DNA of 52,841 nt from Gammaproteobacteria bacterium (GTDB lineage Bacteria; Pseudomonadota; Gammaproteobacteria; Enterobacterales; Kangiellaceae). The notes below the pieces were generated by a model, which saw only the letters and a list, made by a program, of their open reading frames with translations, had not been told where the DNA came from and ran no database searches. The position numbers and the translations under genes are program-made. The stretch spans positions 1 through 52,841 of the forward strand of contig JAOUOC010000001.1 in NCBI GenBank assembly GCA_029880585.1, given 5' to 3'. Numbering within the stretch: the first letter of the stretch is position 1; each line of letters begins with the position of its first letter. Of this stretch, positions 20,527 to 31,014 are shown piece after piece.

Positions 20527-21885
20527 CTATAATCGCGATATATCATTCATAATAGCCATTGCCATTAAGGCAAAAACAATAAGCATACCAATTTGCATGC
20601 CTAACTCTTGTACTTTTTCAGAAAGCGGTTTTCCTGTTACAGCCTCATAAGAAAAATATAACAGGTGGCCTCCATCCAAAAGTGGAACAGGCAATAAATT
20701 AATAAACCCCAAATTCACACTGATTAACGCCAAAAAGCTTAAAAAATAAACCAGACCTGCTCTTCCCGTATCTCCTGCGCCTTTTGCAATGGAGATTGGT
20801 CCGCTCAAACTTTTGGGAGAAATATCTCCAGTTATCAGTTTTTTAAACAATCCGGCACTCAAAGCAATCATCTTTGAGGTTTCATTTAAAGCCAGGTTAA
20901 ATGAAGAAAGAACTGATTCTTTTTTTACAGCAAAATATTCATCTCGTGCTGGTCTAATGGGTTCTGCTCCCAGATATCCCTTTGACTCATCATCCTGGCG
21001 AGTACCTATGACCACCGAAATGTTATTCAGTTCACCATTTCTTTCAATTAATAGGTCAATTTTGTTTTTAGCATTGGACTCTATTAATTCAACCAGTCGT
21101 TGCCAACTATTAACTTGATGTTCTTCAAATTGAACAATCAAATCCTGAGCTTTTAATCCCCCTAAATCAGCAGGCGAACCGGATTCTACTCTATACAGCT
21201 TGGGTAAAACAACCAAATCATCGATTTTATGTCTAAATCCCATACTATCAAGCAGGTCCATTTGTTCGGTATCAACTTGCCAATCAGCCAGATCAACCCT
21301 GATGCTTTTGCTATGACTATTTCCTTCTGAAACAACTTCAAGCTCTAAAATATTTTTATCACCGATTCTTACAGCTACAGCTTTAGTTATATCACTCATA
21401 AAAGTGACAGGTTGACCATCAATGCTAACTATCTTGTCAGCCTTAACAAGACCAGCTCGACCAACAACAGACTCAGGATCAATGTTACCCATGCCTGTTG
21501 AAAGTCCAGTTATACCAACCATAAACATCCACCAATAAAGGCCAATTGCCAGTATAAAATTAGCCAAAGGGCCGGCAGCTACAATGGCGATTCTCGACCA
21601 GACCGATTTTTGATTAAACGCATAGGCTTTATCTTTTTCTGATACTTTTTGATCAGGATCTCTCTCATCAAGCATTTTGACATAGCCGCCCAAGGGAATC
21701 ATGGCGATAATATAATCAACACCATCTTTGCCTTTTCTTTTCCATATTGGTTTGCCAAATCCTACAGAAAAAGTCAGCACCTTGACGCCCAGTTTTCTGG
21801 CAACCCAAAAATGTCCGAATTCATGAAAGGTTACTAATATGCCTAAAGCAACAATAAAATATAATAAATTTTCAATACCGGTCAT
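20527..21885 (-). CDS. rseP: RIP metalloprotease RseP
   Basis: HEFGH, PLGGYVKM, PDZ domains, NLLPVPLLDGGH. Confidence 0.97.
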   Translation of the reverse strand: MTGIENLLYFIVALGILVTFHEFGHFWVARKLGVKVLTFSVGFGKPIWKRKGKDGVDYIIAMIPLGGYVKMLDERDPDQKVSEKDKAYAFNQKSVWSRIAIVAAGPLANFILAIGLYWWMFMVGITGLSTGMGNIDPESVVGRAGLVKADKIVSIDGQPVTFMSDITKAVAVRIGDKNILELEVVSEGNSHSKSIRVDLADWQVDTEQMDLLDSMGFRHKIDDLVVLPKLYRVESGSPADLGGLKAQDLIVQFEEHQVNSWQRLVELIESNAKNKIDLLIERNGELNNISVVIGTRQDDESKGYLGAEPIRPARDEYFAVKKESVLSSFNLALNETSKMIALSAGLFKKLITGDISPKSLSGPISIAKGAGDTGRAGLVYFLSFLALISVNLGFINLLPVPLLDGGHLLYFSYEAVTGKPLSEKVQELGMQIGMLIVFALMAMAIMNDISRL

Positions 21886-23075
21886 AAATTACCTGTTCCA
21901 TTTTCAATCTGCTTGCTTGCAACTTGTCTGGCATAATCATTAGTCTTTATAACATCATCCAGCGATTTTGGTTCAATAATTTCTATTTGACCCAGTGTTT
22001 CTCTGATAACCTCGGCAATGCCAGTAAACCTGATTTCTCCAGCCAAAAATGCTGCAACCGCAATTTCATTAGCAGCATTAATGATGCAAGGTGCTGTTCC
22101 ACCTATTCGTAATGCCTCCTCTGCCAGCTTGAGGCAAGGAAAACGCTGATAATCCGGCTGGTCAAAAGTCAGATTTTGCAACTTGTAAAAATCCAGTGAC
22201 TCAACGCCTGCGTCAATTCTATCTGGCCAGGCGAGACAATGGGCAATGGGGGTACGCATATCCGGATTACCCATTTGAGCCAGAACTGAACCATCAACAT
22301 AAGAAACCATCGAATGAACGATACTTTGAGGATGAACAACAATCTGAATTTTGTCAGCGGGCATTTGGAACATAAAGCTGGCTTCAATAAGCTCTAATCC
22401 CTTGTTCATCATAGTGGCTGAATCTACCGATATTTTCTTCCCCATATCCCAATTAGGATGGGCACAAGCCTGTTCAGGTGTAACATACTCCAACTGTTCA
22501 ATAGGCAACGCTCTAAATGGTCCGCCAGAACCGGTTAACAAAATTTTATCAATAACCTTTAAAGGCTCTTTTGTATCAGCCAGGCATTGAAAAATCGCAT
22601 TATGTTCACTGTCTACTGGCAACAAAGTCGCCCCGCTCCTTTGCACACTTTGCATAAATATTTCGCCAGACATAACCAGCGCTTCTTTATTGGCTAGTAA
22701 TACTCTATGTCCGGCTTCTACAGCGGCGAGTGTTGGCAGCAATCCAGCTGCCCCTACAATCGCAGCAACCACAATATCCAGTTGCTCATCGCTGACAGCA
22801 TTGGCAAGTTCGTTACTACCACTTGTCACTATAATCTCTGATAAAGTCCGGGATTGGTGTTGGGAAAGTTCAACCTTTAATTTTTCAGCTGATTGCGGAT
22901 CAGCCATTACAACTTTGTTCGGTTGAAACTGGATACATTGCGATAACATGGTTTCTATATTGCTATTGGCTGTTAGCACTTTGACCTGATATTTGTCAGG
23001 ATGTCTGGCAATTACATCCAGTGTACTTTGACCAATAGATCCCGTTGAGCCCAGTATTGCAACTTGTTGATTCAT
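21882..23075 (-). CDS. dxr: 1-deoxy-D-xylulose-5-phosphate reductoisomerase (start coupled TAATG to cdsA)
   Basis: LGSTGSIG, LANKEALV, LPVDSEH, HPNWDMGKKISVDSATMMNKGLE. Confidence 0.98.
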   Translation of the reverse strand: MNQQVAILGSTGSIGQSTLDVIARHPDKYQVKVLTANSNIETMLSQCIQFQPNKVVMADPQSAEKLKVELSQHQSRTLSEIIVTSGSNELANAVSDEQLDIVVAAIVGAAGLLPTLAAVEAGHRVLLANKEALVMSGEIFMQSVQRSGATLLPVDSEHNAIFQCLADTKEPLKVIDKILLTGSGGPFRALPIEQLEYVTPEQACAHPNWDMGKKISVDSATMMNKGLELIEASFMFQMPADKIQIVVHPQSIVHSMVSYVDGSVLAQMGNPDMRTPIAHCLAWPDRIDAGVESLDFYKLQNLTFDQPDYQRFPCLKLAEEALRIGGTAPCIINAANEIAVAAFLAGEIRFTGIAEVIRETLGQIEIIEPKSLDDVIKTNDYARQVASKQIENGTGNL

Positions 23076-23950
23076 TAAATCCAACCAAACCAGGAAAATG
23101 AAAGAAAGAATACTGGTGCAACAAAAATAGAACTGTCCAACCTGTCCAGAATTCCACCATGGCCAGGAAGAAGATTGCTGGAATCTTTTATACCTTCGTG
23201 TCTCTTTAATGCACTCTCAAACAAATCACCATAAACTGAAATAACGGCAATAAGGAAAGATACCACTGCAAAAAGGTATATATTATCAACTGACAAGCCA
23301 ATCAGCTCCATACCCAAAAATGCAGCGCCAACGCTAAAAATCACACCGCCGAAAGCACCCTGCCATGTCTTGTTTGGACTAACAACTGGTGCCAACTTAT
23401 GTTTACCAAATATTTTGCCGGTAAAATACGCACCAATATCAGCCGCCCAAACCATGCAAAACATCATCAGCAAAAGCTGACTACCATAATTAAAGTCAAT
23501 ATCGAAAGCTCTTGAACGGATACCGATCAGCGCAATTAAAAATCCCGGTAACATTATAAATCCGAGAATTGGGCGCAAAGCGAAACGCGTCCACCATTTC
23601 TGTGGTGTAGAGTATATCCAGACAATAATAATACCTAATAGAATACCCAAAATTGCAAGATGTAAAACAACTGAATAAACCTGACTTGCAGTCTCGCTAA
23701 TAAAGAACCATGAAATCGTATTAGACCAGGGCGTTAAAAGCAACAAACCTACATTAACGAGTGATAAGACAGTGGCATATATCGTTTGTTGATTCTGGCT
23801 TTTGATACCAGCCAACTTTGCCCATTCGATAGCTCCCAAATAGATAATAACCGCAACAGTAGCTGAAAAATAATTCAGATTAAAATAGAAAAAAAGCGCA
23901 ATCGCAAATGGCAGAAGCACTAAAGCGGTCAATATTCTTTTTGTCAACAT
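23075..23950 (-). CDS. cdsA: Phosphatidate cytidylyltransferase
   Basis: Hydrophobic; SPNKTW, GDLFES, KDSSNLLPGHGGILDRLDS. Confidence 0.97.
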   Translation of the reverse strand: MLTKRILTALVLLPFAIALFFYFNLNYFSATVAVIIYLGAIEWAKLAGIKSQNQQTIYATVLSLVNVGLLLLTPWSNTISWFFISETASQVYSVVLHLAILGILLGIIIVWIYSTPQKWWTRFALRPILGFIMLPGFLIALIGIRSRAFDIDFNYGSQLLLMMFCMVWAADIGAYFTGKIFGKHKLAPVVSPNKTWQGAFGGVIFSVGAAFLGMELIGLSVDNIYLFAVVSFLIAVISVYGDLFESALKRHEGIKDSSNLLPGHGGILDRLDSSIFVAPVFFLSFSWFGWI

Positions 23951-23989
23951 AAATCACCTTTGCTCATGATTTTACTTTTGACTTTCCTG

Positions 23990-24706
23990 TCACTTATCAC
24001 TAACTTGCTCGCCTGTCTTTCCGAAACGTCTTTGGCGAGTGGCGTAATCATTTATCGCCTCAATCAAACTGTTTGCATCAAAATCTGGCCAAAGTGTATC
24101 GCAAAAATACAACTCTGCATACGCTGCTTGCCAGATTAAAAAGTTACTAATTCTTTTTTCTCCACCAGTTCTGATCAACAAATCCAGATCGGGAAGACAA
24201 TTGGTAGACAAGTATTGTGACAAAGTGGTTTCATCTATAGTATCCATTCGCTCTGAATCAATTAGCCACTGGTTAACACTATTAACTATATCCCAACGTC
24301 CACCATAATTGGCTGCAATATTGAGTTTTAAACCTGTATTTGCTGCTGTCAGCTGTTCTGCCTGCTCAATACTTTGTTGTAATTTACTGTTAAATACCTT
24401 GGTATTACCTAAAAACTTCAATCTAACATTATTTTTGTTTAATGCGTTTATCTCTCTGTTAAGCGCTACAATGAACAACTCCATTAAATAAGACACTTCT
24501 TCTTTAGGTCGATTCCAGTTTTCACTACTAAATGCAAAAAGTGTCAAGCTTTCAACCTGCATTTTGGCTGCAGTTTCAATAGCTTCTCTGGCTCTCTCCA
24601 CTCCGGCTTTATGGCCTGTTGTTCTTTTTTTGTTTCTTTGTTGCGCCCAGCGACCATTACCATCCATGATGATGGCAATATGTTTAGGAACCTGATTGTC
24701 ACTCAT
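23990..24706 (-). CDS. uppS: Undecaprenyl diphosphate synthase (start uncertain: 24706 or 24739)
   Basis: HIAIIMDGNGRWA, FAFSSENW, NYGGR, IRTGGEKRISNFLIWQ, RRFG. Confidence 0.97.
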   Translation of the reverse strand: MSDNQVPKHIAIIMDGNGRWAQQRNKKRTTGHKAGVERAREAIETAAKMQVESLTLFAFSSENWNRPKEEVSYLMELFIVALNREINALNKNNVRLKFLGNTKVFNSKLQQSIEQAEQLTAANTGLKLNIAANYGGRWDIVNSVNQWLIDSERMDTIDETTLSQYLSTNCLPDLDLLIRTGGEKRISNFLIWQAAYAELYFCDTLWPDFDANSLIEAINDYATRQRRFGKTGEQVSDK

Positions 24707-24765
24707 TGCTTGAATAGACACGCTATTTGTCCTTAACAATCACATAACCTTTGACAGGTTGTATT

Positions 24766-24803
24766 AAAAATACGCCGTGTAACCACAGAGGCAACACGGC
24801 GCA
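24766..24803 (-). terminator. Terminator/attenuator hairpin between frr and uppS
   Basis: Minus strand CGCCGTGT...ACACGGCG followed by TATTTTT. Confidence 0.65.
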
Positions 24804-24820
24804 TCAGTAAAAAGAGTGAA

Positions 24821-25378
24821 TTAAATTTCCATTAATTCTTTTTCTTTTTCACCAGCCAGTTCATCAACTTTTTTAACATGATCATCTGTTAATTTTTGAA
24901 TGCCATCTTCAGCTCGTCTTTCATCATCCTCACTGATCTCTTTTTCCTTTTCCAGTTCTTTTAGAGTGGAATTGGCATCACGTCGAATGTTTCTAATGGC
25001 TATCTTGGTATGCTCTGCTTCCTGCCCAACAACCTTTATCATGTCGCGTCGTCGTTCTTCAGTTAAAGGTGGTAACGGAAGCCGGATCAAATTTCCGGCA
25101 GTATTGGGGGTAATCCCGATATCTGACTCCAAAATAGCTTTTTCAATTGGTCCAATCATAGACTTTTCGTAAGGTTGAATTGCCAGTGTTCTGGAATCCT
25201 GAACCGAAACATTGGCCGCCTGATTGAGAGGTGTATCTACACCATAATATGAAACTGACAGGTGATCGAGCAAACTTGGATGGGCTCGCCCTGTTCTGAT
25301 TTTTTGTAGTGCAATTTTAAAAGCTTCAATGCTTTTGTCCATACGCACCTTGGCATCCTGATTAATATCATCAATCAC
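24821..25378 (-). CDS. frr: Ribosome recycling factor (probable GTG start 25378)
   Basis: [37 protein letters not shown]; GGAG SD before the GTG. Confidence 0.97.
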   Translation of the reverse strand: MIDDINQDAKVRMDKSIEAFKIALQKIRTGRAHPSLLDHLSVSYYGVDTPLNQAANVSVQDSRTLAIQPYEKSMIGPIEKAILESDIGITPNTAGNLIRLPLPPLTEERRRDMIKVVGQEAEHTKIAIRNIRRDANSTLKELEKEKEISEDDERRAEDGIQKLTDDHVKKVDELAGEKEKELMEI

Positions 25379-25428
25379 AATATTACTCCGCAAATGTTTT
25401 TATTATTCAATACCAAAAGAAAGGCCAA

Positions 25429-26157
25429 TTAGCAAGTAATTAATGTACCTTCTTTACCGTCAATAACAGCTCGAACCAAAGCGTCAGGCTTTTGCATATT
25501 AAAAACCCGAATTGCCTTACCATGATCTCGAGCTAAACAGAATGCAGTTAAATCCATAATCCCTAACTCTTTTTCCAGCGCTTCCTGATAAGTCAGACTT
25601 TGGTACATTTTGGCATTTTTATCTTTTTCTGGATCAGCTGAATAAACACCGTCAACCTTGGTTGCTTTCAGAATAAGATCCGCATCAATTTCAATACCGC
25701 GCAAACATGCAGCAGTATCAGTGGTAAAAAAAGGATTACCTGTTCCAGCTGAAAAAATAACAACCTGTCCTGCTTTCATAAATCTCAACGCAAACCGTCT
25801 ATCATAAGATTCGCAGACACCTGTTAATGAAATGGCTGACATAACTCGTGTACCTACCTTGATACGCTCAAGAGCATCCTGCATCGCCAGTGCATTCATA
25901 ACTGTTGCCAGCATGCCCATGTGGTCACCTGCAACCCTGTTCATACCAGCTTTGGCAAGTTTTTCACCTCTAAACAGGTTACCGCCACCGATAACAAGTC
26001 CAACTTCAACACCTTTAGAAACAACTTGCTCTATTTCAGCTGCAATTCTGTCAAGAACAGCCGGATCAATTCCATACGGCTCCGCACCCATTAGCGCTTC
26101 ACCGCTAAGTTTCAGTAAAATACGTCTTCTGTTTTTTTGGGGTGCAGAACTGGGCAT
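25429..26157 (-). CDS. pyrH: UMP kinase
   Basis: [35 protein letters not shown]. Confidence 0.98.
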   Translation of the reverse strand: MPSSAPQKNRRRILLKLSGEALMGAEPYGIDPAVLDRIAAEIEQVVSKGVEVGLVIGGGNLFRGEKLAKAGMNRVAGDHMGMLATVMNALAMQDALERIKVGTRVMSAISLTGVCESYDRRFALRFMKAGQVVIFSAGTGNPFFTTDTAACLRGIEIDADLILKATKVDGVYSADPEKDKNAKMYQSLTYQEALEKELGIMDLTAFCLARDHGKAIRVFNMQKPDALVRAVIDGKEGTLITC

Positions 26158-26159
26158 GA

Positions 26160-27041
26160 TTATTCTCCTTTTACTTGCGCCATAACTTCAGCAGCAAAAT
26201 CATCAACTTTCTTTTCAATACCTTCACCAACTTCAACACGTGTCATTGAAGCTACTTCTGCACTAGCCTGCTTTAACAAATCGCCAACAGTCACTGAAGG
26301 ATCTTTTACAAAAGGCTGACCTGTCAAACTCACTTCAGCGGCAAATTTTTTCATTCTGCCACCAATCATTTTTTCAACAATCTCAGCTGGCTTGCCACTT
26401 TCCAGAGCCTGAGCTGTAAAAATTTCTTTTTCACGGTTAATGACTTCTTCTGAAATATCTTCCGGATTAATACATTGTGGATTTGTTGCAGCAACATGCA
26501 TGGCAATGTCCTTAGCCAAATCTTCTGTACCACCCTTAAGTGCAACCACAACGCCAATTCTTCCACCGTGAATGTAAGAGGCCAACACGCCATCTTGAGC
26601 TTCAATAATCTGAACTCGACGAACACCAATATTTTCACCAATTTTGGCTATTAAAGCTGTTCTCGCAGTTTCCACATTACCTCCAGAAGAAACTTCTGAA
26701 GCAAGTAAATCTTCTACATTAACAGTTTTATTGCTTAACGCTGCATCAACTACCTGTTCTGCAAAACTTTTAAAGTTTTCATCTCTGGCAACAAAATCTG
26801 TTTCTGAATTTACTTCAACAATGGCAGCAACTTTTTTATCATCACTTGATTTTGCAACTATTACGCCTTCAGCTGCGATTCTACCAGCTTTCTTTTCTGC
26901 TTTAGCTGCGCCAGATTTTCTCAAATTATCAATTGCAGCTTCAATATCGCCATTGGTTTCTACCAAAGCTTTTTTACATTCCATCATACCTGCGCCAGTT
27001 CTTTCTCGCAGTTCTTTTACCAATGCGGCTGAAATAGACAT
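26160..27041 (-). CDS. tsf: Elongation factor Ts (probable start ATG 27041)
   Basis: [33 protein letters not shown]; GGAGAG SD. Confidence 0.98.
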   Translation of the reverse strand: MSISAALVKELRERTGAGMMECKKALVETNGDIEAAIDNLRKSGAAKAEKKAGRIAAEGVIVAKSSDDKKVAAIVEVNSETDFVARDENFKSFAEQVVDAALSNKTVNVEDLLASEVSSGGNVETARTALIAKIGENIGVRRVQIIEAQDGVLASYIHGGRIGVVVALKGGTEDLAKDIAMHVAATNPQCINPEDISEEVINREKEIFTAQALESGKPAEIVEKMIGGRMKKFAAEVSLTGQPFVKDPSVTVGDLLKQASAEVASMTRVEVGEGIEKKVDDFAAEVMAQVKGE

Positions 27042-27149
27042 CTTATCTCTCCAATGCAAATAATTAATTCAATACTCAGTCAGGAAATTGTGTTTTCTGA
27101 CTTATTTATTCTCTTCATTTTAAAAGACCACATATCTTCCAAAATGACA

Positions 27150-27179
27150 TAAAATAGGGGGCAATACGAGCCCCCTTTG
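27150..27179 (-). terminator. Hairpin/attenuator between rpsB and tsf
   Basis: Minus strand AGGGGGC-TCGTATT-GCCCCCT-ATTTT. Confidence 0.7.
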
Positions 27180-27199
27180 TTCGACTAGACAAAGAAGGT

Positions 27200-28183
27200 T
27201 TATTTTTCTGTCTTGTCTTTAGATGTAGCCTTTTTAGCTGTTGCTTTTTTTGCAGTCGCTTTTTTAGCTGTAGCTTTCTTGGCTGTCGCTTTTTTTGCTG
27301 TTTTTGGTTCAGCTTCATCAGCTTCCTGTTTTTCAGCTGTTTCTTCTGCAACTTCAGGAACTTCAACTTCCTCAGCGTCAGCTACTTCAGGTTTAGCTTT
27401 TGCTTTTTTGACTTCAACCTTAACTTCAGTCTTTTCTTCAGCAACTTGCGTTTCCTCTACAAACTCATCATTGCTACCTTCTGCAACTGGCGCTGTCGCT
27501 ACACTTTGTTTGCCAGCCAAAATAGCATCAGAAACTGCCGTCAAATATAATTGAATCGCTCTGATAGCATCATCATTTCCAGGTATCACATAATCAACAC
27601 CGTCAGGGCTCGAATTACTATCAACTACAGCAACAACAGGAATTCCTAATTTATTAGCTTCAGCTATGGCAATATGCTCGTGACCTGCGTCAACAACAAA
27701 CAATACGTCTGGCAGACCAGCCATATTCTTGATACCGCCAATACTTGCTTCAAGTTTTTCCATTTCACGAGACAATAACAAAGCTTCTTTCTTGGTCAAG
27801 CGCTCGAAAGTACCATCTGTGCTTTGTTTTTCCAAATCTTTCAAACGATTAATTGACTGTCTAATCGTTTTGTAGTTTGTCAGCATTCCGCCCAGCCATC
27901 TTTTATCTACAAAGAACTGACCACAACGGTTGGCTTCTTCTTTAACTAATTTACTTGCGCTACGTTTTGTACCTACAAACAATACTTTACCTTTACGCGC
28001 AGCAACAGAACCGATGAAGTTCAAAGCATCGTTAAACATAGGTAAAGAGTGTTCAAGATTAATAATGTGGATCTTGTTACGAGAACCAAAAATATAGGGC
28101 TTCATTTTTGGATTCCAGAAACGGGTTCTGTGCCCAAAATGCACACCCGCTTGCAGCATATCACGCATGGTGACTTTTGCCAT
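27200..28183 (-). CDS. rpsB: 30S ribosomal protein S2 with a long C-terminal extension
   Basis: [31 protein letters not shown]; about 100 aa after the conserved core. Confidence 0.98.
   Translation of the reverse strand: MAKVTMRDMLQAGVHFGHRTRFWNPKMKPYIFGSRNKIHIINLEHSLPMFNDALNFIGSVAARKGKVLFVGTKRSASKLVKEEANRCGQFFVDKRWLGGMLTNYKTIRQSINRLKDLEKQSTDGTFERLTKKEALLLSREMEKLEASIGGIKNMAGLPDVLFVVDAGHEHIAIAEANKLGIPVVAVVDSNSSPDGVDYVIPGNDDAIRAIQLYLTAVSDAILAGKQSVATAPVAEGSNDEFVEETQVAEEKTEVKVEVKKAKAKPEVADAEEVEVPEVAEETAEKQEADEAEPKTAKKATAKKATAKKATAKKATAKKATSKDKTEK
27224..27298 (-). repeat. Five tandem 15-nt coding repeats (AKKAT x5)
   Basis: GCAAAAAAAGCGACA / GCCAAGAAAGCTACA / GCTAAAAAAGCGACT / GCAAAAAAAGCAACA / GCTAAAAAGGCTACA; units differ only at synonymous positions. 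Confidence 0.95.
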
Positions 28184-28330
28184 GATTTTACTCCTGATTT
28201 TAAAGGGTTAATCCTCCGCTATTCCCAATCACCAACTCCTGAAATTAAATTTTCATAAGGAGCACCCTGGTCATTGTGCCGAATAACGTGCGTATTTTTT
28301 AAGTGGTAATCGAGTCATCAACTACTCACG
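28184..28330 (-). ncRNA. rpsB 5' leader (t44 / S2 autoregulatory leader)
   Basis: Long leader with TATTCGGCACA...CCAGGGTGCTCC...GGAG...TGGGAATAGCGGAGG..AACC elements typical of gammaproteobacterial rpsB leaders. Confidence 0.75.
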
Positions 28331-28365
28331 GCGCGCTTTATACCATAACCGCCCATCAATAGCAA
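28330..28365 (-). promoter_or_regulatory. rpsB-tsf promoter (extended -10, GC discriminator)
   Basis: TTGCTA, 17-nt spacer ending TGG, TATAAA, GCGCGCC; matches the conserved TGGTATAAAGCGCGCC rpsB promoter. Confidence 0.85.
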
Positions 28366-28639
28366 TCAGATTTGTTATTCAATTGCTACAATCTTGCATT
28401 ACAAAATCATTAAGAGACAATAAAATTCAAAAACCTGCATAAGCGAAACTCCAGACAATAAAGCTCATTATGTTTTTCTTTCAACCACCACACAAAAAGC
28501 ACAATAATTCACTTTGAGATATTTCAATTAAAACAAGCATTAATTCTCATTTAATCTAAAAATAAACTTGAGGTTTGAATAAATTAAACTAGTCTTAAAA
28601 CAGCGCGATATATAAATAAAGCATGAAAGAGGTAAATGC

Positions 28640-30691
28640 ATGCAGAGCCCTCAGGCACATATCCAAATGAATTCCAAACTTTCAAAATCAGACAAGTCTC
28701 AGTCGGAAAATTCAGAACAGATTTTAGCTGGACAAATAGAATGGACAAACTTAATAACCGCTTTTAGTAATTTAACTGATAAATCTCAGCAAATAGACTC
28801 TCTGGATAATTTCATCGAAGTCATCCACCAATATCTTAATGAAGTTACCTATGCCGAAAATATTGTCGTTAGCCTTTATGATTCTGATAATAACCAATTG
28901 GAAACAGCCTACAGTTACAAGCACAGTGAAAGTCAAATTAAATCGGAAAACCAGAAAGATTTATATGAACAAATTGAAGAGCTTTTAACATCTTATGTAT
29001 TTGAGAAAAAAACACCTCTATTAGTAGATGATTCAACAATCTCTCGTATAACAACTCATACCAAAGCTGAAATTAAGAAAGCAGGCTTTAATTCATGGAT
29101 CAGTGTACCAATACTGAGAGGTAAAAATATTCTTGGAGTACTAACTCTTTTCAGTTGCGACGACCAATATCAGTACAACGAAGATGAAATTGCTTATCTG
29201 ACTCTCTCTGCGAACATCATGGGCTATTTTGTTACCAACAACAATTTAAACGATAAAGTACTGCAGCTGAGCAATGCATTGGAACAATCCTATACTTATC
29301 TGGATGATCAGGTAAAAGAAAAAGATATGCAGTTAGAAAAACTGCAACACGAACGTAAAAAAGTACAAGCCAAGTTAACTCACGATGCCTTACATGACAG
29401 CCTCACTAGCCTACCAAATAGGACTCTATTCATTGATAGGTTACTTCAGACGATGAATCGGAGTGACAGCAGGGAACAGTTAAAATATGCCGTCATTTTT
29501 CTCGATCTTGATCGCTTTAAAGTTATCAATGATAGCCTTGGCCATCTGACAGGTGATCTTCTTATTAAGGAAGTGGCTGTTCGACTGGAAAAAGCCGTCA
29601 GACCTTGTGATTCGGTTGCTCGCTTTGGTGGTGATGAATTTTGTATTCTTCTGTCTGGAGCACTTAACGAGGAAAGAATAATCAATATCGCCAATCGTAT
29701 TATTGAAATAGTCTCCCAGCCATACACCTTACAGGGAATGGAAGTGTTTACTTCACCAACACTTGGCATTGCTATAGGGCAGGAACATTACAAAAATCCC
29801 GATGAAGTTTTACGCGATGCTGACACCGCTATGCATCAGGCCAAGTCTATGGGTAAGGCACGATTTACTATTTTTGATTCAAGCATGTATTACAATGCAC
29901 TGGAAAGATTGCAACTTGAGGCCGATTTGCGAGTTGCTATTAAAGCCAATGAAGTTCAGGTATTTTTCCAACCAATTGTCGATCTCAAAACCGGAAAACT
30001 ATCCAGTCTGGAAGCTTTAGCCAGATGGCAACATCCTGTTCATGGATTTATTAACCCACAACAGTTTATCAATATCGCCGAAGAAACAGGATTGATCAAA
30101 ACGCTAGGCAGACAGGTATTGGTCAAATCTCTCGAAAAGTTGAAAGCTATACACGACAAGGAACCTTTATTTAAAGATCTATCTGTTAGCGTTAATCTTT
30201 CCGCAAGGCAATTGGAAGATATTAATTTGATAGAGGATATTCTTGAAACCTTAAAGCTCAACTCTTTGGAAGCTTCTGCATTAAAACTGGAAATTACTGA
30301 AAGCATGTTAATTGATAACTTTGCCACTGCAAAGGAAGTGTTAAGCAAATTTCATGAGTTAGGCATGAAAATCATGCTGGATGATTTTGGTACCGGTTAC
30401 TCATCTCTAAGTTATCTTCATCATTTCCCGATAGATGTTGTTAAAATTGACCGTTCATTTATTGAAGATATGTTTAATGAGGATATTGCCATGGCGGTCA
30501 TTAAATCAGTGGAAAATCTGGCTTCCGGTTTGAATATGACAGTCGTTGCTGAAGGCATTGAACATAGCGAGCAGTATGACGCATTAAAGAAACTTGGTAT
30601 CGACTATGCCCAAGGCTATCTTATTTCAAAACCACTGTGTGTATCTGATCTTTTCAATGCAATCGATCATAATAAAAGTACATGGTTATAG
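28640..30691 (+). CDS. GAF-GGDEF-EAL c-di-GMP signalling protein
   Basis: GAF-like SWISVPIL..ILGVLTL, coiled linker, HDSLTSLPNR, RPCD I-site then RFGGDEF, EALARW, DDFGTGYSS, KIDRSF, VAEGIE, QGY. Confidence 0.92.
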   Translation: MQSPQAHIQMNSKLSKSDKSQSENSEQILAGQIEWTNLITAFSNLTDKSQQIDSLDNFIEVIHQYLNEVTYAENIVVSLYDSDNNQLETAYSYKHSESQIKSENQKDLYEQIEELLTSYVFEKKTPLLVDDSTISRITTHTKAEIKKAGFNSWISVPILRGKNILGVLTLFSCDDQYQYNEDEIAYLTLSANIMGYFVTNNNLNDKVLQLSNALEQSYTYLDDQVKEKDMQLEKLQHERKKVQAKLTHDALHDSLTSLPNRTLFIDRLLQTMNRSDSREQLKYAVIFLDLDRFKVINDSLGHLTGDLLIKEVAVRLEKAVRPCDSVARFGGDEFCILLSGALNEERIINIANRIIEIVSQPYTLQGMEVFTSPTLGIAIGQEHYKNPDEVLRDADTAMHQAKSMGKARFTIFDSSMYYNALERLQLEADLRVAIKANEVQVFFQPIVDLKTGKLSSLEALARWQHPVHGFINPQQFINIAEETGLIKTLGRQVLVKSLEKLKAIHDKEPLFKDLSVSVNLSARQLEDINLIEDILETLKLNSLEASALKLEITESMLIDNFATAKEVLSKFHELGMKIMLDDFGTGYSSLSYLHHFPIDVVKIDRSFIEDMFNEDIAMAVIKSVENLASGLNMTVVAEGIEHSEQYDALKKLGIDYAQGYLISKPLCVSDLFNAIDHNKSTWL

Positions 30692-30964
30692 ATTTGGCTA
30701 ATCCGTTCAGGTAAATCAAGCAATTATCTTACAACCAAAACTTCTCCAATTTCCTGTTCCACATTAGTATTCTGCTCAAGCAGCTTTCATATGTATTTTG
30801 AGCTTCAAATGTTAAAAATATCGGAAAGAAAAACTATCTTTCTGCTTCTTCTGTTTAATATAACGAAAAGTTTTTATATTGAACCCGATAAAATAAGGTA
30901 ATATGTACCTGAGGGGGATATGCCAATGGTTTGTGATTGAGAACTGTTGAATTATTCTAATTAT

Positions 30965-30989
30965 GGTAATCGATAATATTATCAGATTA
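30965..30989. promoter_or_regulatory. Palindromic operator-like site upstream of the TonB-dependent receptor
   Basis: TAATC-GATAAT|ATTATC-A-GATTA; contains the Fur-type GATAAT/ATTATC hexamers, but without the canonical 1-nt centre. Confidence 0.4.
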
Positions 30990-31014
30990 TTTAAACACAA
31001 ATGGGAGAAGAAAA

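Noticed and set aside
27224-27298. Tandem repeat as a CRISPR array or phase-variable VNTR
   Set aside because: No spacers, no cas genes, and the units are synonymously diverged coding sequence.
27115-27366. Alternative-frame basic 83-aa ORF and A-runs in the rpsB tail suggesting a programmed frameshift
   Set aside because: A by-product of the Lys/Ala repeat codons; no A-AAA-AAG site with an adjacent stimulator, and the main frame is intact.
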